A DNA stretch of 62,429 nt, filler included. It is 3 parts of 3 records of this genome, joined end to end, with 100 filler letters (N's around TTAATTAATTAA, not from the genome) between each part and the next. Parts side by side here need not be neighbours in the genome. Positions count along the whole stretch, not along the records: positions 29,471 to 55,334 come from SRR31156797_10777; 2 more parts are not named here. One strand, 5' to 3'. Every line of letters begins with the position of its first letter. Position 1 is the first letter of the stretch. The notes under the pieces were generated by a model that was not told the DNA's origin, made no database searches, and was given only the letters and a program-made list of their open reading frames with translations. Positions 34,731 to 46,463 of the stretch are shown piece after piece. The translations under genes and the position numbers were made by a program.

Positions 34731-36700
34731 TGGCTATTGTACCTTTGAAAAAAGCTACTATAACTGCACTTATTAAAGACAAGGACAAGATATTGTCTGC
34801 TTTGCAGGAATACGGCAATATGCATATTGCTGGTGTAGATAATCAAGATGAATTGTATTCTCAGGAATTCACTAATACCAGAGATGATATTGATGAGTTA
34901 AGCTCAAAACTGCAGAATGTGAAAACTGCCATCAAGGATTTATCACAGTACGATGAGAGGGAGAAATCCTTTCTGTCACCACTGCCAGAGATGACACTTG
35001 CTCAGCTGGATGAGATTCTGAGCATTGAAAATCAAGCATACAAGGTATTGGATGAACATATTAAAAGTAAGAATGATGCTATAGAGATTCGTTCAGAAAT
35101 TTTGCGCTATGAGAGTAATATTTCTCAGATTTCACCATGGAGAGATTTGGATGTGCAGGTAGAGGATATTAACGATACTCCTACTACCAGAATAATGGTA
35201 GGCACTGTGCCTGTTCTGGATTTTCCTGAATTTTCCCGTATAATTGATGAAACAGAATTTGCTGAACACGAGAAGATATATTCTGACCGTGATAATGTAT
35301 ACATTATGCTGATGTACCATAACAAAAGCAATCAGGAAGTTCACGATGCACAGTTTGTGCATTCCTTTTCAAAGTTTAATTTTCCTTTTGAGAAGGGAAC
35401 TCCAAAAGAACAGTTAAAGAAATTAAAGGCACAAATTGTGAAGCTGAAAGTCAAGCAGGAGAAGATCTATGATGAGGAAAAATTTCGTGCTGAACATTTA
35501 ACAGAGCTTGAGCAGATTCACGATGCCTTGAGTATAAAGCTGAATTTATTAAATCAGGTAGAGAAATTCGGAGGCACAGAGTATGTATTTGTGCTGGAGG
35601 GATATGTACCTGCTGATGAAGAGAATGATTTGAAAAATGCACTTGATACTAGTGCAGGTGAAAATTATCAACTGGATATAGTAGATGCAGAGGGCGATGA
35701 TGTCCCTACACTATATGAGAATAATAAGGCGGTTACACCATTTGAATCAGTAACCAATATGTTTGCTACTAGCAAGAAAGATGCTTTCGACCCAAATGTA
35801 CTGATGGCACCATTCTTTGGACTATTCTTTGGTATGATGCTCTCTGATGCAGGGTACGGTATCATACTGACATTGAGTGCAGCATTTGTATACTACAGGA
35901 CCAGAAACAGTGAAGGCAAAGGCAACAGCCTGCTGGCAGTGCTGGCAATCAGCGGTATCTCAACGATATTCTGGGGCATAATGTTCGGCGGATTTATGGG
36001 ATTTTCATTCAATCCCGTGTTATTTAACCCATTAGAACAGCCAATACTAACATTAGGGCTGAGTCTATTATTAGGTGTTATTCAGATAATAGTTGGTATG
36101 AGCATTAAGGCTGTTACCATGATTCAGCGGGGCAAGACGATGGAAGCTATAGGACAGCAGTTGTCGTGGATACTGCTGATAATCGGACTGGTGATGTTCG
36201 TATTCCCTACCAGCTTCATGTTCGTGGGTAAGGAAGCAACCCCTGTGGCAGAGACCGTCGGCAGCATAGGAAAGGTGGTCGCACTGGCAGGGCTTGCTGT
36301 ATTGCTGATATTAGGCGGCTATGGCAAGAAAGGCTTCGGCAGAATATTTGGTGGTGTATCCTCATTAATGGATATAACCAGCTATTTATCAGATGTAATA
36401 TCATATGCCAGATTGTTTGGCTTAGGACTGGCAACAGGCGTAATCGGAATGGTTATTAACACACTGGTAAATATGATGACAGCATCAGGCAGTGTCGGCG
36501 GATGGATAGGCGGTGTGATAGTATTCGTTGCAGTACATCTATTCAATCTGGCAATCAATGCGCTGGGAGCATACGTGCACTCATCCAGACTGCAGTATGT
36601 AGAATTCTTTGGCAAATTCTTTGAGGACGGCGGAGTCAGGTACACCAGATTCGAGCCTGAAACAAAGTATTATAATATTAAGAAAATAAACAATAACTAG
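34730..36700 (+). CDS. ntpI: A/V-type ATPase subunit I (a)
   Basis: DPN.LMAPFF..FFGMM..DAGYG, SDVISYARL, HSSRLQYVEFFGKF. Confidence 0.95.
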   Translation: MAIVPLKKATITALIKDKDKILSALQEYGNMHIAGVDNQDELYSQEFTNTRDDIDELSSKLQNVKTAIKDLSQYDEREKSFLSPLPEMTLAQLDEILSIENQAYKVLDEHIKSKNDAIEIRSEILRYESNISQISPWRDLDVQVEDINDTPTTRIMVGTVPVLDFPEFSRIIDETEFAEHEKIYSDRDNVYIMLMYHNKSNQEVHDAQFVHSFSKFNFPFEKGTPKEQLKKLKAQIVKLKVKQEKIYDEEKFRAEHLTELEQIHDALSIKLNLLNQVEKFGGTEYVFVLEGYVPADEENDLKNALDTSAGENYQLDIVDAEGDDVPTLYENNKAVTPFESVTNMFATSKKDAFDPNVLMAPFFGLFFGMMLSDAGYGIILTLSAAFVYYRTRNSEGKGNSLLAVLAISGISTIFWGIMFGGFMGFSFNPVLFNPLEQPILTLGLSLLLGVIQIIVGMSIKAVTMIQRGKTMEAIGQQLSWILLIIGLVMFVFPTSFMFVGKEATPVAETVGSIGKVVALAGLAVLLILGGYGKKGFGRIFGGVSSLMDITSYLSDVISYARLFGLGLATGVIGMVINTLVNMMTASGSVGGWIGGVIVFVAVHLFNLAINALGAYVHSSRLQYVEFFGKFFEDGGVRYTRFEPETKYYNIKKINNN

Positions 36701-37183
<483 letters not shown>

Positions 37184-37192
37184 GGATAAGCT

Positions 37193-37789
37193 ATGAAGGG
37201 TATAGATAATATTATTAAGGAAATACTCGATGGCGCAAATGCAGACTGCAGTGTTACCAAGGAGCAGACGCAGATGCAGATTAACGAGATAAACAATAAG
37301 GCGGAAAGTGAAGTAAAAAAGCAGACTGCTAAAATTGATAAAGAAACTGATGCTAAATGCAGGGAATTATCTCGCCGTGAAAAGACTATCCTAGATGTTG
37401 AATTGCGCAGGAATTCTTTGCTGGTAAAGCGTCAGCTGGTAGATGAAGCATTTAATATGGCTTATAATGAATTGTGTGCCCTTGATAAAAAGGCATATGA
37501 TGGTTTATGCTTAAATATGCTCTTGGAAGCTGTTTCAACAGGCAGTGAAGTAGTTGTTACGGGTTCCGATAAAAAAATTGGTAAAGATTTGATAGATAAG
37601 GCTAACAAAGAGCTTAAATCAAAGGGAATAGATTCAAATCTAAAAATTTCTGATGAAATCTGTGATTTTATTGGTGGATTTGTACTCAGAGATAAGGGTA
37701 TTGAGACTAACTGTACGTTTAAGATGCTGATATCACAGCTAAAACCAAAGTTGGAGAATCAAGTAGCGGACATAATATTCCCTAATTGA
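37193..37789 (+). CDS. ntpE: A/V-type ATPase subunit E
   Basis: Operon position; GGFVL..GIE.NCTF. Confidence 0.88.
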   Translation: MKGIDNIIKEILDGANADCSVTKEQTQMQINEINNKAESEVKKQTAKIDKETDAKCRELSRREKTILDVELRRNSLLVKRQLVDEAFNMAYNELCALDKKAYDGLCLNMLLEAVSTGSEVVVTGSDKKIGKDLIDKANKELKSKGIDSNLKISDEICDFIGGFVLRDKGIETNCTFKMLISQLKPKLENQVADIIFPN

Positions 37790-37823
37790 CAGACATTTTA
37801 AAGAATAAAGAGAGGCTTTAGAT

Positions 37824-38819
37824 ATGCCATGTAGCAGTTTACATTACTCTGTAGCAAGAGTAAAAGTGCTAGAAAAAAAGTTGCTTAACCGTGACAAAAT
37901 AGAAAGAATGCTTTCTGCCCAAGACGGCGAGAAGGCTTTCAAAGTATTGCTTGACAGCGAGTATGGCAGTATGCCTGTGGATTCACCTCGTGATTTTGAT
38001 AAACTTATCAAATCTGAGCTGGCAAATTCTTATGGTCTAATAAATAGGATTACTCCTGATGAAGCACTTAGTGATGTATTTTTGTATAAATATGACTATC
38101 AGAATGCCAAAGCATACTTAAAGATGAAGATATCAGGTATGGACGAGGATAATGCAGTTACTGATGCTGGTAAACTGGATGCTAAGGAACTCCGTGAGAT
38201 GGTGTTTGAGCATGATACTAAGGGTCTGCCTGACCATTTAGCAAGAGCTATTGATGCTGTTCAGAAGGAGATTGCAGTAGGTATTTCACCTCAGCAGGTA
38301 GATACCATTATGGATAACGAATACACTAAGTGGGTTCAGCAAGTTGCGAAGAAGAGCAAGTCACAGTTTTTGAAAGAGTATGTGGAAGCACGTATTGATT
38401 TATCCAATATTCTAATGATGCTTAGAGTCAGACGCATGGAAGCTGAATTCGATTTGCTGCAGGCATCGTTTATCGGTGGCGGAAGCATTGAATTTTCTGT
38501 GTTTCAAAAAGCATACAAAGCAACCGATGAGGCTGTACCTAAATATTTTAAAAACACCAGATACGGCTCAAAGCTAGAGAAGAAAATCGAAGAAGCAATT
38601 CAGAGCAAGCATACTTGGGTTTTTGGTAAACACCTAGATAATATGCTGACAAGAATAATGAGTAAGTACTCCAGAGATATTTTCAAGGTAGAACCTGTTG
38701 TAGCATATCTAATCAAAAAGGAAAACGAAGCTACAGTAATTAGAATGATAATGACTGGCAAACTGAACAATATTCCAGCAGATACCATCAAGGAAAGGCT
38801 GCGTGAAATATATGTATAA
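37824..38819 (+). CDS. ntpC: A/V-type ATPase subunit C
   Basis: ARVKVLEKKLL, YDYQN.K, IRMIMTGK.N..IKERLR. Confidence 0.92.
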   Translation: MPCSSLHYSVARVKVLEKKLLNRDKIERMLSAQDGEKAFKVLLDSEYGSMPVDSPRDFDKLIKSELANSYGLINRITPDEALSDVFLYKYDYQNAKAYLKMKISGMDEDNAVTDAGKLDAKELREMVFEHDTKGLPDHLARAIDAVQKEIAVGISPQQVDTIMDNEYTKWVQQVAKKSKSQFLKEYVEARIDLSNILMMLRVRRMEAEFDLLQASFIGGGSIEFSVFQKAYKATDEAVPKYFKNTRYGSKLEKKIEEAIQSKHTWVFGKHLDNMLTRIMSKYSRDIFKVEPVVAYLIKKENEATVIRMIMTGKLNNIPADTIKERLREIYV

Positions 38820-39141
38820 GATTGCGGTAATAGGAGACAGGGATTCGATTCTGGGATTCAAGGCATTAGGTGTCAGAACTCATTTTGCCTATGATACAGA
38901 AAGGGTTAATAGTCTAATCAGAAGACTTGCCAGAGAAAAATATGCAGTAATATTTATTACTGAGGAATTGGCGGAGCAGTCAATGGATATGATTGACAGA
39001 TTCAAGTCCCGCACGATTCCAGCAATTATTCCAATACCATCTAATCAAGGTACAAAGGGTATTGGTATGCAGATGTTAAATGATAATGTTGAAAAAGCTG
39101 TAGGCGTTAATATATTAGTCAACAACGACGAAGAGAGGTAA
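38812..39141 (+). CDS. ntpG: A/V-type ATPase subunit F (NtpG in E. hirae naming)
   Basis: [26 protein letters not shown]. Confidence 0.92.
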   Translation: MYKIAVIGDRDSILGFKALGVRTHFAYDTERVNSLIRRLAREKYAVIFITEELAEQSMDMIDRFKSRTIPAIIPIPSNQGTKGIGMQMLNDNVEKAVGVNILVNNDEER

Positions 39142-39145
39142 AAAT

Positions 39146-40921
39146 ATGCCGGGTAGTATAGTAAAAGTTTCAGGTCCATTGATTGTTGCAGAAGGTATGG
39201 AAGACGTTAAGGTTTATGACGTTGTACGCGTATCAAAGCAAAGATTGATAGGTGAGGTTATCGAACTTAGAGGCGATAGAGCATCTATCCAAGTATATGA
39301 GGAAACAGCAGGATTAGGACCTGGTGAAATAGTTGAGAGCACAGGAAGTCCTCTGTCCGTAGAACTTGGACCAGGACTTATCCAGTCAATATTTGATGGA
39401 ATACAAAGACCGCTGGAAAGAATTATGGAGCAAGCTGGCGATAGAATTACCAGAGGTATTGAGGTTACAAGCCTAGACCACGATAAGAAGTGGAAGTTTG
39501 ACGCTGTTGCAAAAGTCGGTGATAAGGTTACAGGCGGAAGCATACTGGGTACTGTTCAGGAAACTAAGGTTGTACTTCATAAAGTTATGGTTCCTCCAAA
39601 TATATCCGGTGAAATCACATGGATATATGATGGTGAAGCAACCATTGTAGATACTATTGCTAAAGTTAAGGATGAAAACGGCAAGGAAATCGAGCTTCAA
39701 ATGCTCCAGAAATGGCCTGTGCGTATTGGTAGACCATATGAATCCAAATTACCTCCAACTCAGCCTATGGTTACAGGGCAGAGAGTTATTGATACATTCT
39801 TCCCAGTTGCAAAGGGCGGTGTTGCTGCAGTTCCCGGACCATTTGGCAGCGGTAAAACAGTGGTACAGCACCAGCTGGCAAAATGGGCAGACGCTGACAT
39901 TATTGTATATGTTGGCTGCGGTGAACGCGGTAACGAGATGACAGACGTTCTAAGAGAATTCCCAGAGCTGAAAGACCCACGTACTGGGGAAGATTTGATG
40001 AAGCGAACAGTATTGATTGCAAATACATCAGATATGCCGGTTGCTGCTCGTGAAGCATCAATATATACAGGAATTACACTTGCGGAATACTTCCGTGATA
40101 TGGGATATGAAGTAGCTATTATGGCTGACTCAACATCACGTTGGGCTGAGGCTCTTCGTGAAATGAGCGGTCGTCTGGAAGAAATGCCCGGTGAGGAAGG
40201 ATACCCTGCGTATCTGTCATCACGTTTGGCACAGTATTATGAAAGAGCAGGTATGGTTAACTGCCTAGGCGGCGATAGTGAGCGTACTGGAGCTATTACT
40301 GCAATCGGTGCTGTATCACCTCCTGGTGGTGATATGAGTGAACCTGTTACTCAAAATACTTTGCGTATAGTAAAAGTTTTCTGGGGTTTATCTGCACAGC
40401 TTGCATACAGACGTCACTTCCCAGCTGTTGACTGGCTTCAGTCCTACTCATTGTATATTGACAGACTGGGTGACTGGTATGATGAAGCAGTAGCCGCAGA
40501 CTGGTCTTCTTTGCGTGATGATGCTATGAGAGTACTACAGGAAGAATCTGAGCTAGAGGAAGTTGTTCGATTGGTTGGTGTAGATGCACTTAGTTATCAC
40601 GACAGATTGACACTTGAAGCGGCCAGAAGCCTTCGTGAAGATTACCTTCATCAGAATGCTTTCCATGAAGTAGATACATATGCTTCATTGAATAAACAGT
40701 ATAGAATGCTTCGACTAATAATGAAATACTATCATGAAGCAATCGGTGCTCTAGACAGCGGTGTTGATTTCTTTGACATTACCGAAATCCCAGTATTGGA
40801 GAAAATCGGTCGTGCTAAATATATAGAAGAAAAAAATATGGAAGAATACGATAAAATTGAGACAGAGCTACGCAATCAATTGACTGACTTGGTAGCAGAC
40901 GGAGGTCTAGACTATGCTTAA
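39146..40921 (+). CDS. ntpA: A/V-type ATPase subunit A
   Basis: [38 protein letters not shown]. Confidence 0.97.
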   Translation: MPGSIVKVSGPLIVAEGMEDVKVYDVVRVSKQRLIGEVIELRGDRASIQVYEETAGLGPGEIVESTGSPLSVELGPGLIQSIFDGIQRPLERIMEQAGDRITRGIEVTSLDHDKKWKFDAVAKVGDKVTGGSILGTVQETKVVLHKVMVPPNISGEITWIYDGEATIVDTIAKVKDENGKEIELQMLQKWPVRIGRPYESKLPPTQPMVTGQRVIDTFFPVAKGGVAAVPGPFGSGKTVVQHQLAKWADADIIVYVGCGERGNEMTDVLREFPELKDPRTGEDLMKRTVLIANTSDMPVAAREASIYTGITLAEYFRDMGYEVAIMADSTSRWAEALREMSGRLEEMPGEEGYPAYLSSRLAQYYERAGMVNCLGGDSERTGAITAIGAVSPPGGDMSEPVTQNTLRIVKVFWGLSAQLAYRRHFPAVDWLQSYSLYIDRLGDWYDEAVAADWSSLRDDAMRVLQEESELEEVVRLVGVDALSYHDRLTLEAARSLREDYLHQNAFHEVDTYASLNKQYRMLRLIMKYYHEAIGALDSGVDFFDITEIPVLEKIGRAKYIEEKNMEEYDKIETELRNQLTDLVADGGLDYA

Positions 40922-42308
40922 AGAATATCGCACTATTACGGAGGTTGTTGGTCCGCTGATGTTAGTGGAGCAGGTAACCAATGTAAAATACGACGAGTTG
41001 GTTGAAGTTGAGCAGGCAAATGGCGAAATCCGCCAAGGCAGAGTACTGGAGATAAATGGTTCAAATGCTTTGGTTCAGCTGTTTGAAAGCTCACAAGGAT
41101 TGCACATAGCGTCTGCAAAAGCAAGATTTCTAGGCAGAGGTACACAGCTTGCAGTTTCACCTGATATTTTGGGAAGAGTATTTGACGGTATGGGTCGTCC
41201 GATAGACGACGGTGCAGAGATAATTCCAGAAAAGAGACTGGATATCAATGGTACACCTATCAATCCAGCCGCCAGAAACTATCCATCAGAATTTATTCAG
41301 ACTGGTGTATCAGCCATCGATGGTTTGAACACTTTGGTTCGTGGACAGAAGCTTCCTGTTTTCTCAGGTTCAGGTCTGCCTCACGCTAACCTAGCTGCCC
41401 AGATTGCCAGGCAGGCACAGGTACTTGGAACAGACAGCCAATTTGCTGTTGTATTTGCAGCTATTGGTATTACATATGAAGAAGCTGATTTCTTTATCAG
41501 TGACTTCCACAAAACAGGGGCTATTGATAGAGCAGTACTATTTATGAATTTGGCAAATGACCCTGCTATTGAGCGTATATCCACACCTCGTATGGCATTG
41601 ACAGCTGCTGAATATTTGGCATATGAACTAGGAATGCACGTATTGGTTATTATGACCGATATCACTAACTATGCTGAAGCACTTCGTGAGGTTTCTGCAG
41701 CACGTAAGGAAGTTCCCGGTCGTCGTGGTTATCCTGGTTACATGTACACAGACCTTGCAACAATGTATGAAAGAGCTGGAAGAATAAAAGGCAAGGAAGG
41801 CTCAATCACTCAGATACCTATCCTGACTATGCCTGAGGATGATAAAACTCATCCAATACCAGACTTAACTGGTTATATTACTGAAGGACAGATTATACTG
41901 TCTCGTCAGCTGTACAAAAAGGGTATTACTCCTCCGATTGACGTTTTGCCGTCACTGTCTCGTTTGAAGGATAAGGGTATCGGTAAGGGCAAGACACGTG
42001 AAGATCATGCTGATACAATGAATCAATTATTTGCAGCTTACGCAAGAGGTAAAGAAGCAAAGGAATTGGCTGTTATCCTAGGTGATGCGGCACTAAGCGA
42101 TGTTGATAAGCTGTATGCTCAGTTTGCTGACAGGTTTGAGAAAGAATATGTTTCACAAGGTTATGAGACCAATAGAAATATTGAAGATACCTTGTCAATC
42201 GGCTGGAATCTATTGAATATCCTGCCAAAGAGTGAATTAAAGAGAATCAGAGATGAGTATCTGGATAAGTATCTGGATAAAGATGATACAGACGAAGCAC
42301 AAGAGTAG
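40914..42308 (+). CDS. ntpB: A/V-type ATPase subunit B
   Basis: [45 protein letters not shown]. Confidence 0.97.
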   Translation: MLKEYRTITEVVGPLMLVEQVTNVKYDELVEVEQANGEIRQGRVLEINGSNALVQLFESSQGLHIASAKARFLGRGTQLAVSPDILGRVFDGMGRPIDDGAEIIPEKRLDINGTPINPAARNYPSEFIQTGVSAIDGLNTLVRGQKLPVFSGSGLPHANLAAQIARQAQVLGTDSQFAVVFAAIGITYEEADFFISDFHKTGAIDRAVLFMNLANDPAIERISTPRMALTAAEYLAYELGMHVLVIMTDITNYAEALREVSAARKEVPGRRGYPGYMYTDLATMYERAGRIKGKEGSITQIPILTMPEDDKTHPIPDLTGYITEGQIILSRQLYKKGITPPIDVLPSLSRLKDKGIGKGKTREDHADTMNQLFAAYARGKEAKELAVILGDAALSDVDKLYAQFADRFEKEYVSQGYETNRNIEDTLSIGWNLLNILPKSELKRIRDEYLDKYLDKDDTDEAQE

Positions 42309-42317
42309 GTAAATTAA

Positions 42318-42944
42318 ATGGCCATACTTAAAATAAATCCAACCAGAATGGAGCTGTCCAACCTTAAAAAACGCTACAAGACTGCTGTTCGTGGTCACAA
42401 ATTGCTTAAGGATAAGCGTGACGAGATGATGAGACAGTTTGTAGAATTTGTTAAGGAAAATAAGACTCTTCGTGAGAATGTGGAAGCTGAGTTGACTGCT
42501 GCGATGAAGGAATTCCTTATGGCAAGAGCGGGGCTAAGTCAGGAAGCATTGGAGAGTGCAGTCCTGATGCCGGCAAGGCAGGTAAGCCTAGCTGTCAGTA
42601 AGCAGAACGTGATGAGCGTTGATGTTCCTGTCTTTGATATTCAAATCAGCGAAGGAAGCATGTACCCATACGGTTTAATGGATACTACTGGCGAGCTGGA
42701 TGAAGCAATGGAGAAGCTCAACAAAGCTTTCCATAATATGATAGCATTAGCTCAAAAAGAAAAAGCATGCAATATGTTAGCTGATGAAATAGAGAAGACC
42801 AGACGTCGTGTGAATGCCTTAGAATACGTAATGATACCTGACTATGAGGATACTATAAAATACATCAGAATGAAGCTGGATGAAAACGACAGATCCAGCA
42901 GAACAAGGCTGATGAAGGTTAAGGATATGCTGGCAAATCAATAG
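42318..42944 (+). CDS. ntpD: A/V-type ATPase subunit D
   Basis: PTRMEL, RGHKLLKDKRD, TRRRVNALE. Confidence 0.95.
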   Translation: MAILKINPTRMELSNLKKRYKTAVRGHKLLKDKRDEMMRQFVEFVKENKTLRENVEAELTAAMKEFLMARAGLSQEALESAVLMPARQVSLAVSKQNVMSVDVPVFDIQISEGSMYPYGLMDTTGELDEAMEKLNKAFHNMIALAQKEKACNMLADEIEKTRRRVNALEYVMIPDYEDTIKYIRMKLDENDRSSRTRLMKVKDMLANQ

Positions 42945-42969
42945 ATTAAGCTTACGAAAGGACATTCGA

Positions 42970-43608
42970 ATGAAAAAGGGATTGTTTATATCTTTCGAGG
43001 GCTCAGACGGTGCAGGTAAGAGCACCCAGATAGACAGAGCTGCAAATTTCTTTGAAAGTAAAGGATACGAAGTTGTCAGAACTCGTGAGCCCGGCGGAAC
43101 ACCAATCAGCGAAAAAATCCGTAAGATAATCCTTGATAACAATAATAAGGAAATGAGCTTCATGACAGAGGCTCTTCTTTATGCAGCTTCTCGTGCACAG
43201 CATGTAAGGGAAGTAATACAACCCGCCATTGATGCTGGGAAAGTAGTTGTGTGTGACAGATATGTACATTCATCTTTGGTATATCAGGGTTATGCCCGTG
43301 GTCTGGGAGTTGAGAATGTAAAAGCTATTAATGATTTTGCTATTGACGGTGTCATGCCTGATTTATCTATTTTTATTTTGCTACCAGTAGAAGTTGCAAT
43401 GGATCGGTTGAAAAATAGCGGAAAGGTTTTAGACCGTCTGGAAGTAGAAGGAATGGATTTTTTCAAAAGAGTTGAGACGGCATTTGCTGATTTAGCACAA
43501 GACAATGACAAAATAGTAGTCGTTGATGCGACAAAATCAGTTGATGAAATGGCTGATACTATTAAATGTAAATTGGTTGAACTAGTGAATAACTATGAAA
43601 GAAACTGA
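42970..43608 (+). CDS. tmk: Thymidylate kinase
   Basis: FEGSDGAGKSTQ, REPGGT, CDRY..SS..YQG. Confidence 0.96.
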   Translation: MKKGLFISFEGSDGAGKSTQIDRAANFFESKGYEVVRTREPGGTPISEKIRKIILDNNNKEMSFMTEALLYAASRAQHVREVIQPAIDAGKVVVCDRYVHSSLVYQGYARGLGVENVKAINDFAIDGVMPDLSIFILLPVEVAMDRLKNSGKVLDRLEVEGMDFFKRVETAFADLAQDNDKIVVVDATKSVDEMADTIKCKLVELVNNYERN

Positions 43609-44320
43609 TTTATACCCCCACGTTAAGCAATTTTTTATCGAAAGAGGATTTGAGGTAAAGGCGGAAGTTGCCGACTGCGATGTGATGGCAGTAAAAGATG
43701 ATATTGTTGTTATTGCAGAAATGAAAACAAACCTCAATCTACAAGTTATATCCCAAGCAGTGGAGCGACAGCTTCTGTATGATGTTGTATATGTTGCTGT
43801 TCCAAAACCTAAGTATAAGAAGAGATATACCAATCAGTACAAGAGAATAATCAGAGTATTAAAGCGCCTTAACCTAGGGCTTCTTCATGTTGATATAAAG
43901 GGGGAAGGTTCCTGTATAGAGGAATTTCCGCCAAAGATATGGGGAGCTAATGCAGGTATAAATAAAACACGCAGACAAAAATTAAGAGATAAAGCATTAA
44001 ATGATTTTAAAGCCCTGCATGGTGATTATAATATTGGCGGTACTGTAAAGACAAAGAGGATGACACCCTATAAGGAAAATGCGCTGCTTATTGCACTGTA
44101 TTTACAGCAGTTAGGTCCTACTAAAGCAAGTGTGCTAAAGAACCTCGGATGCGGCGAGAAAACACTAGCTATAATGTATAAAAATTTTTATGGCTGGTTT
44201 CATAGGCTTGGAAACGGCATTTATGAGCTAAGTAAAGCCGGAGAAAATGCGATTATAGAATATGATATTGTATGCTGTGAACTTAGGAAAAGCATTAGTA
44301 TAGATCAAAGTGCAAAATAG
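43595..44320 (+). CDS. DUF2161-family putative PD-(D/E)XK protein
   Basis: MKETDLY.., EV..CD....AEMK, Q..ERQ, MTPYKE.AL, NFYGWF.R...G.Y.L. Confidence 0.75.
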   Translation: MKETDLYPHVKQFFIERGFEVKAEVADCDVMAVKDDIVVIAEMKTNLNLQVISQAVERQLLYDVVYVAVPKPKYKKRYTNQYKRIIRVLKRLNLGLLHVDIKGEGSCIEEFPPKIWGANAGINKTRRQKLRDKALNDFKALHGDYNIGGTVKTKRMTPYKENALLIALYLQQLGPTKASVLKNLGCGEKTLAIMYKNFYGWFHRLGNGIYELSKAGENAIIEYDIVCCELRKSISIDQSAK

Positions 44321-44429
44321 ATATTTGATACAACAATCTGTGATTTTTATAAAATATTACGATATTGTGCCAAATGACATAGAACTTACACAATAATGTG
44401 TTATAATTATACTGTGAGGTAAAGGATTG

Positions 44430-44909
44430 ATGTATAATCAGGATAGTGTTAATGAGATAAATACAGCATTAAAAAAATTTATAAGAAGATTTGTTATAGC
44501 TACTTTTGTTTTTCTGGCAATTTTAGCAGCAGTCTGTATTAACTGGGGTACAGAACTTGATCCGTATCGCCTTCCTGTTGCAGTAGCATACGCTGCTGGA
44601 GTACTCTATGCAGTAGGTGCGGTTTTTGTCTGGGGTGTAATTGGCAGCAGACTAAAAAAGTACCGTAATTTTGTCGATGACATTTTGGCTGGACTTGAGC
44701 ACGAAATTCAAGGGGAATTTATTAAGGTTGATACAACTCCAACTCTGGATAATGATTTAGAGCTTTATCAGATAGAATTTAGAACAAAGGAAGATAAGGA
44801 GAATAGGCTTATCTACTTAGATGCTTCTAAGGATATATCTATGATGACAGAAGGCGAAGAAGCTAAATTGCTTATCCATGGAAAATATATTAAGGAAGTT
44901 CTGACATAG
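44430..44909 (+). CDS. Hypothetical membrane protein (2 TM)
   Basis: ORF with RBS GAGG/AAGGA and two hydrophobic segments. Confidence 0.7.
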   Translation: MYNQDSVNEINTALKKFIRRFVIATFVFLAILAAVCINWGTELDPYRLPVAVAYAAGVLYAVGAVFVWGVIGSRLKKYRNFVDDILAGLEHEIQGEFIKVDTTPTLDNDLELYQIEFRTKEDKENRLIYLDASKDISMMTEGEEAKLLIHGKYIKEVLT

Positions 44910-44945
44910 ATTATTGTCTGAATTTACAGAAAGAATGTGTTTTAA

Positions 44946-45335
44946 GTGCATGATAACGACAAAATTGATATTATGGTTTGTGTAACAATGCAGCGTTCCT
45001 GTGAACGACTGATTAAGCGGGCTGTTAGCATGAGAGAGAATAGAGGCGGTCATTTGGGTGTTGTTCATGTTGCGCTCAACGGTGAGGACTTACTGGGTAA
45101 TCCTGATGAAGGTGATGCACTGGATATACTTTTTAGTGTTTCGAAAAACAATGGGGCTCAGATGCATATGTTAAGAAGCGATGATTTAGTCAATACTTTG
45201 GTTGAATTTGCAGGCAAGCATAACGTCAGTGTATTGATAATTGGACAGGGCAAAGAATCTGGAAGTAAAGTCACAAATATTCAGCATGCTTTTATAAAAA
45301 AGATGCCTGATATTGAAATACACGTTGTATCATAA
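44946..45335 (+). CDS. Universal stress protein (KdpD-USP-like)
   Basis: IMVCVT.Q.SCERLI, VVHV, IIG; start uncertain. Confidence 0.8.
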   Translation: MHDNDKIDIMVCVTMQRSCERLIKRAVSMRENRGGHLGVVHVALNGEDLLGNPDEGDALDILFSVSKNNGAQMHMLRSDDLVNTLVEFAGKHNVSVLIIGQGKESGSKVTNIQHAFIKKMPDIEIHVVS

Positions 45336-45376
45336 TTTATGTTTTGATACTTTTGGAATTATTTAATCAACAAATA

Positions 45377-45405
45377 AATGGTACTGCACATATTGCAGTA
45401 CCATT
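45377..45405. terminator. Hairpin between convergent genes
   Basis: AATGGTACTGCA-CATAT-TGCAGTACCATT, a perfect 12-bp stem. Confidence 0.65.
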
Positions 45406-45440
45406 AGCATATATACTGAATTAGCATAATTTAATATGTT

Positions 45441-46454
45441 TTACAGCGAATGTGTGTCTATTTGGCTATGCTCGCTGTTTAAATTTTTCTTATTAATGAG
45501 TCGCTGTACAAATATCATTCCAATTAATCCGATTGCAACACCCAGCCACAAAGTTGAGAATCTGGTTACTATAGTAGTAGCTGATGCGATTGCAGAATTA
45601 ACATCAAACAGTGCAACCAAAATACCCATAATTGAACCCTCTGCCACAAATAATCCGCCAGGGAGCATAGACATAGCACCTACGATAGATGATACTGATA
45701 CTGCGAATATTGATGCTAAAGGTGAAATATCAACGGAGAAGGCTTTTAGTGCAAAGAATATTACAAAACCTTCAAATAACCATGATACTAGACCAATACA
45801 TACAGCTACAGTGAATGTAAACGGATGCATTAATTCATATGTCTGGCTGTGGAGCTTTTCGAATGATGACGAAAATTTCTTAAGGAATTTAATTTTTGTT
45901 AAAAGTCTTATTATAAAGTTAGAAATTGCTTTTATTCTGATTGCTGCAACAAAAACTGCAACCAATGCTATGCTGATAATAATAGCTGACCAGCCAAATG
46001 AAAAAGCAGCAGCACCGACTGAAGCCAATATTATCATTGATACACCATCTGTAATGCGTTCCATCAATATTAAAGGAGCTGTTTCCGCTACCGGAATATC
46101 GGATAATTCCTTTAACAAATATGATTTGAATAATTCACCAACTTTACCAGGGGTGATAGTCATGCAGAGTCCGGCGATATAAACAGGTAAGTTCACACCC
46201 TTTTTCACCTTAATTCCTAAACGCTTCAGATAAAAATTCCATTTTAGAAACCTTAGACAGTAGTTTAGAGGTGCTAAGCAAAGTATAAGAGGCAGATAGC
46301 GGAAATCAAAGTTCTTGATACTATCTCCTAATTCATTATAATCAGCATAGATGCCTAACCCTGCCATAATTGCAATACCAATAATAGCAAATATTAGTAT
46401 TAGTTTTTTTGTTTTTTTCCAATTAAAGCTGGTGTTCGTATCAGCACTTGTCAT
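45441..46454 (-). CDS. Lysylphosphatidylglycerol-synthase TM / UPF0104 flippase-like protein
   Basis: LRFLKW, ITPGKVGE..K, ERI.D, PGGL.V.E, RF.T.W. Confidence 0.85.
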   Translation of the reverse strand: MTSADTNTSFNWKKTKKLILIFAIIGIAIMAGLGIYADYNELGDSIKNFDFRYLPLILCLAPLNYCLRFLKWNFYLKRLGIKVKKGVNLPVYIAGLCMTITPGKVGELFKSYLLKELSDIPVAETAPLILMERITDGVSMIILASVGAAAFSFGWSAIIISIALVAVFVAAIRIKAISNFIIRLLTKIKFLKKFSSSFEKLHSQTYELMHPFTFTVAVCIGLVSWLFEGFVIFFALKAFSVDISPLASIFAVSVSSIVGAMSMLPGGLFVAEGSIMGILVALFDVNSAIASATTIVTRFSTLWLGVAIGLIGMIFVQRLINKKNLNSEHSQIDTHSL

Positions 46455-46463
46455 ATATGTAAT

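Noticed and set aside
45436-46182. 248-aa plus-strand ORF
   Set aside because: Antisense to the well-supported UPF0104 membrane gene, with no recognisable motifs.
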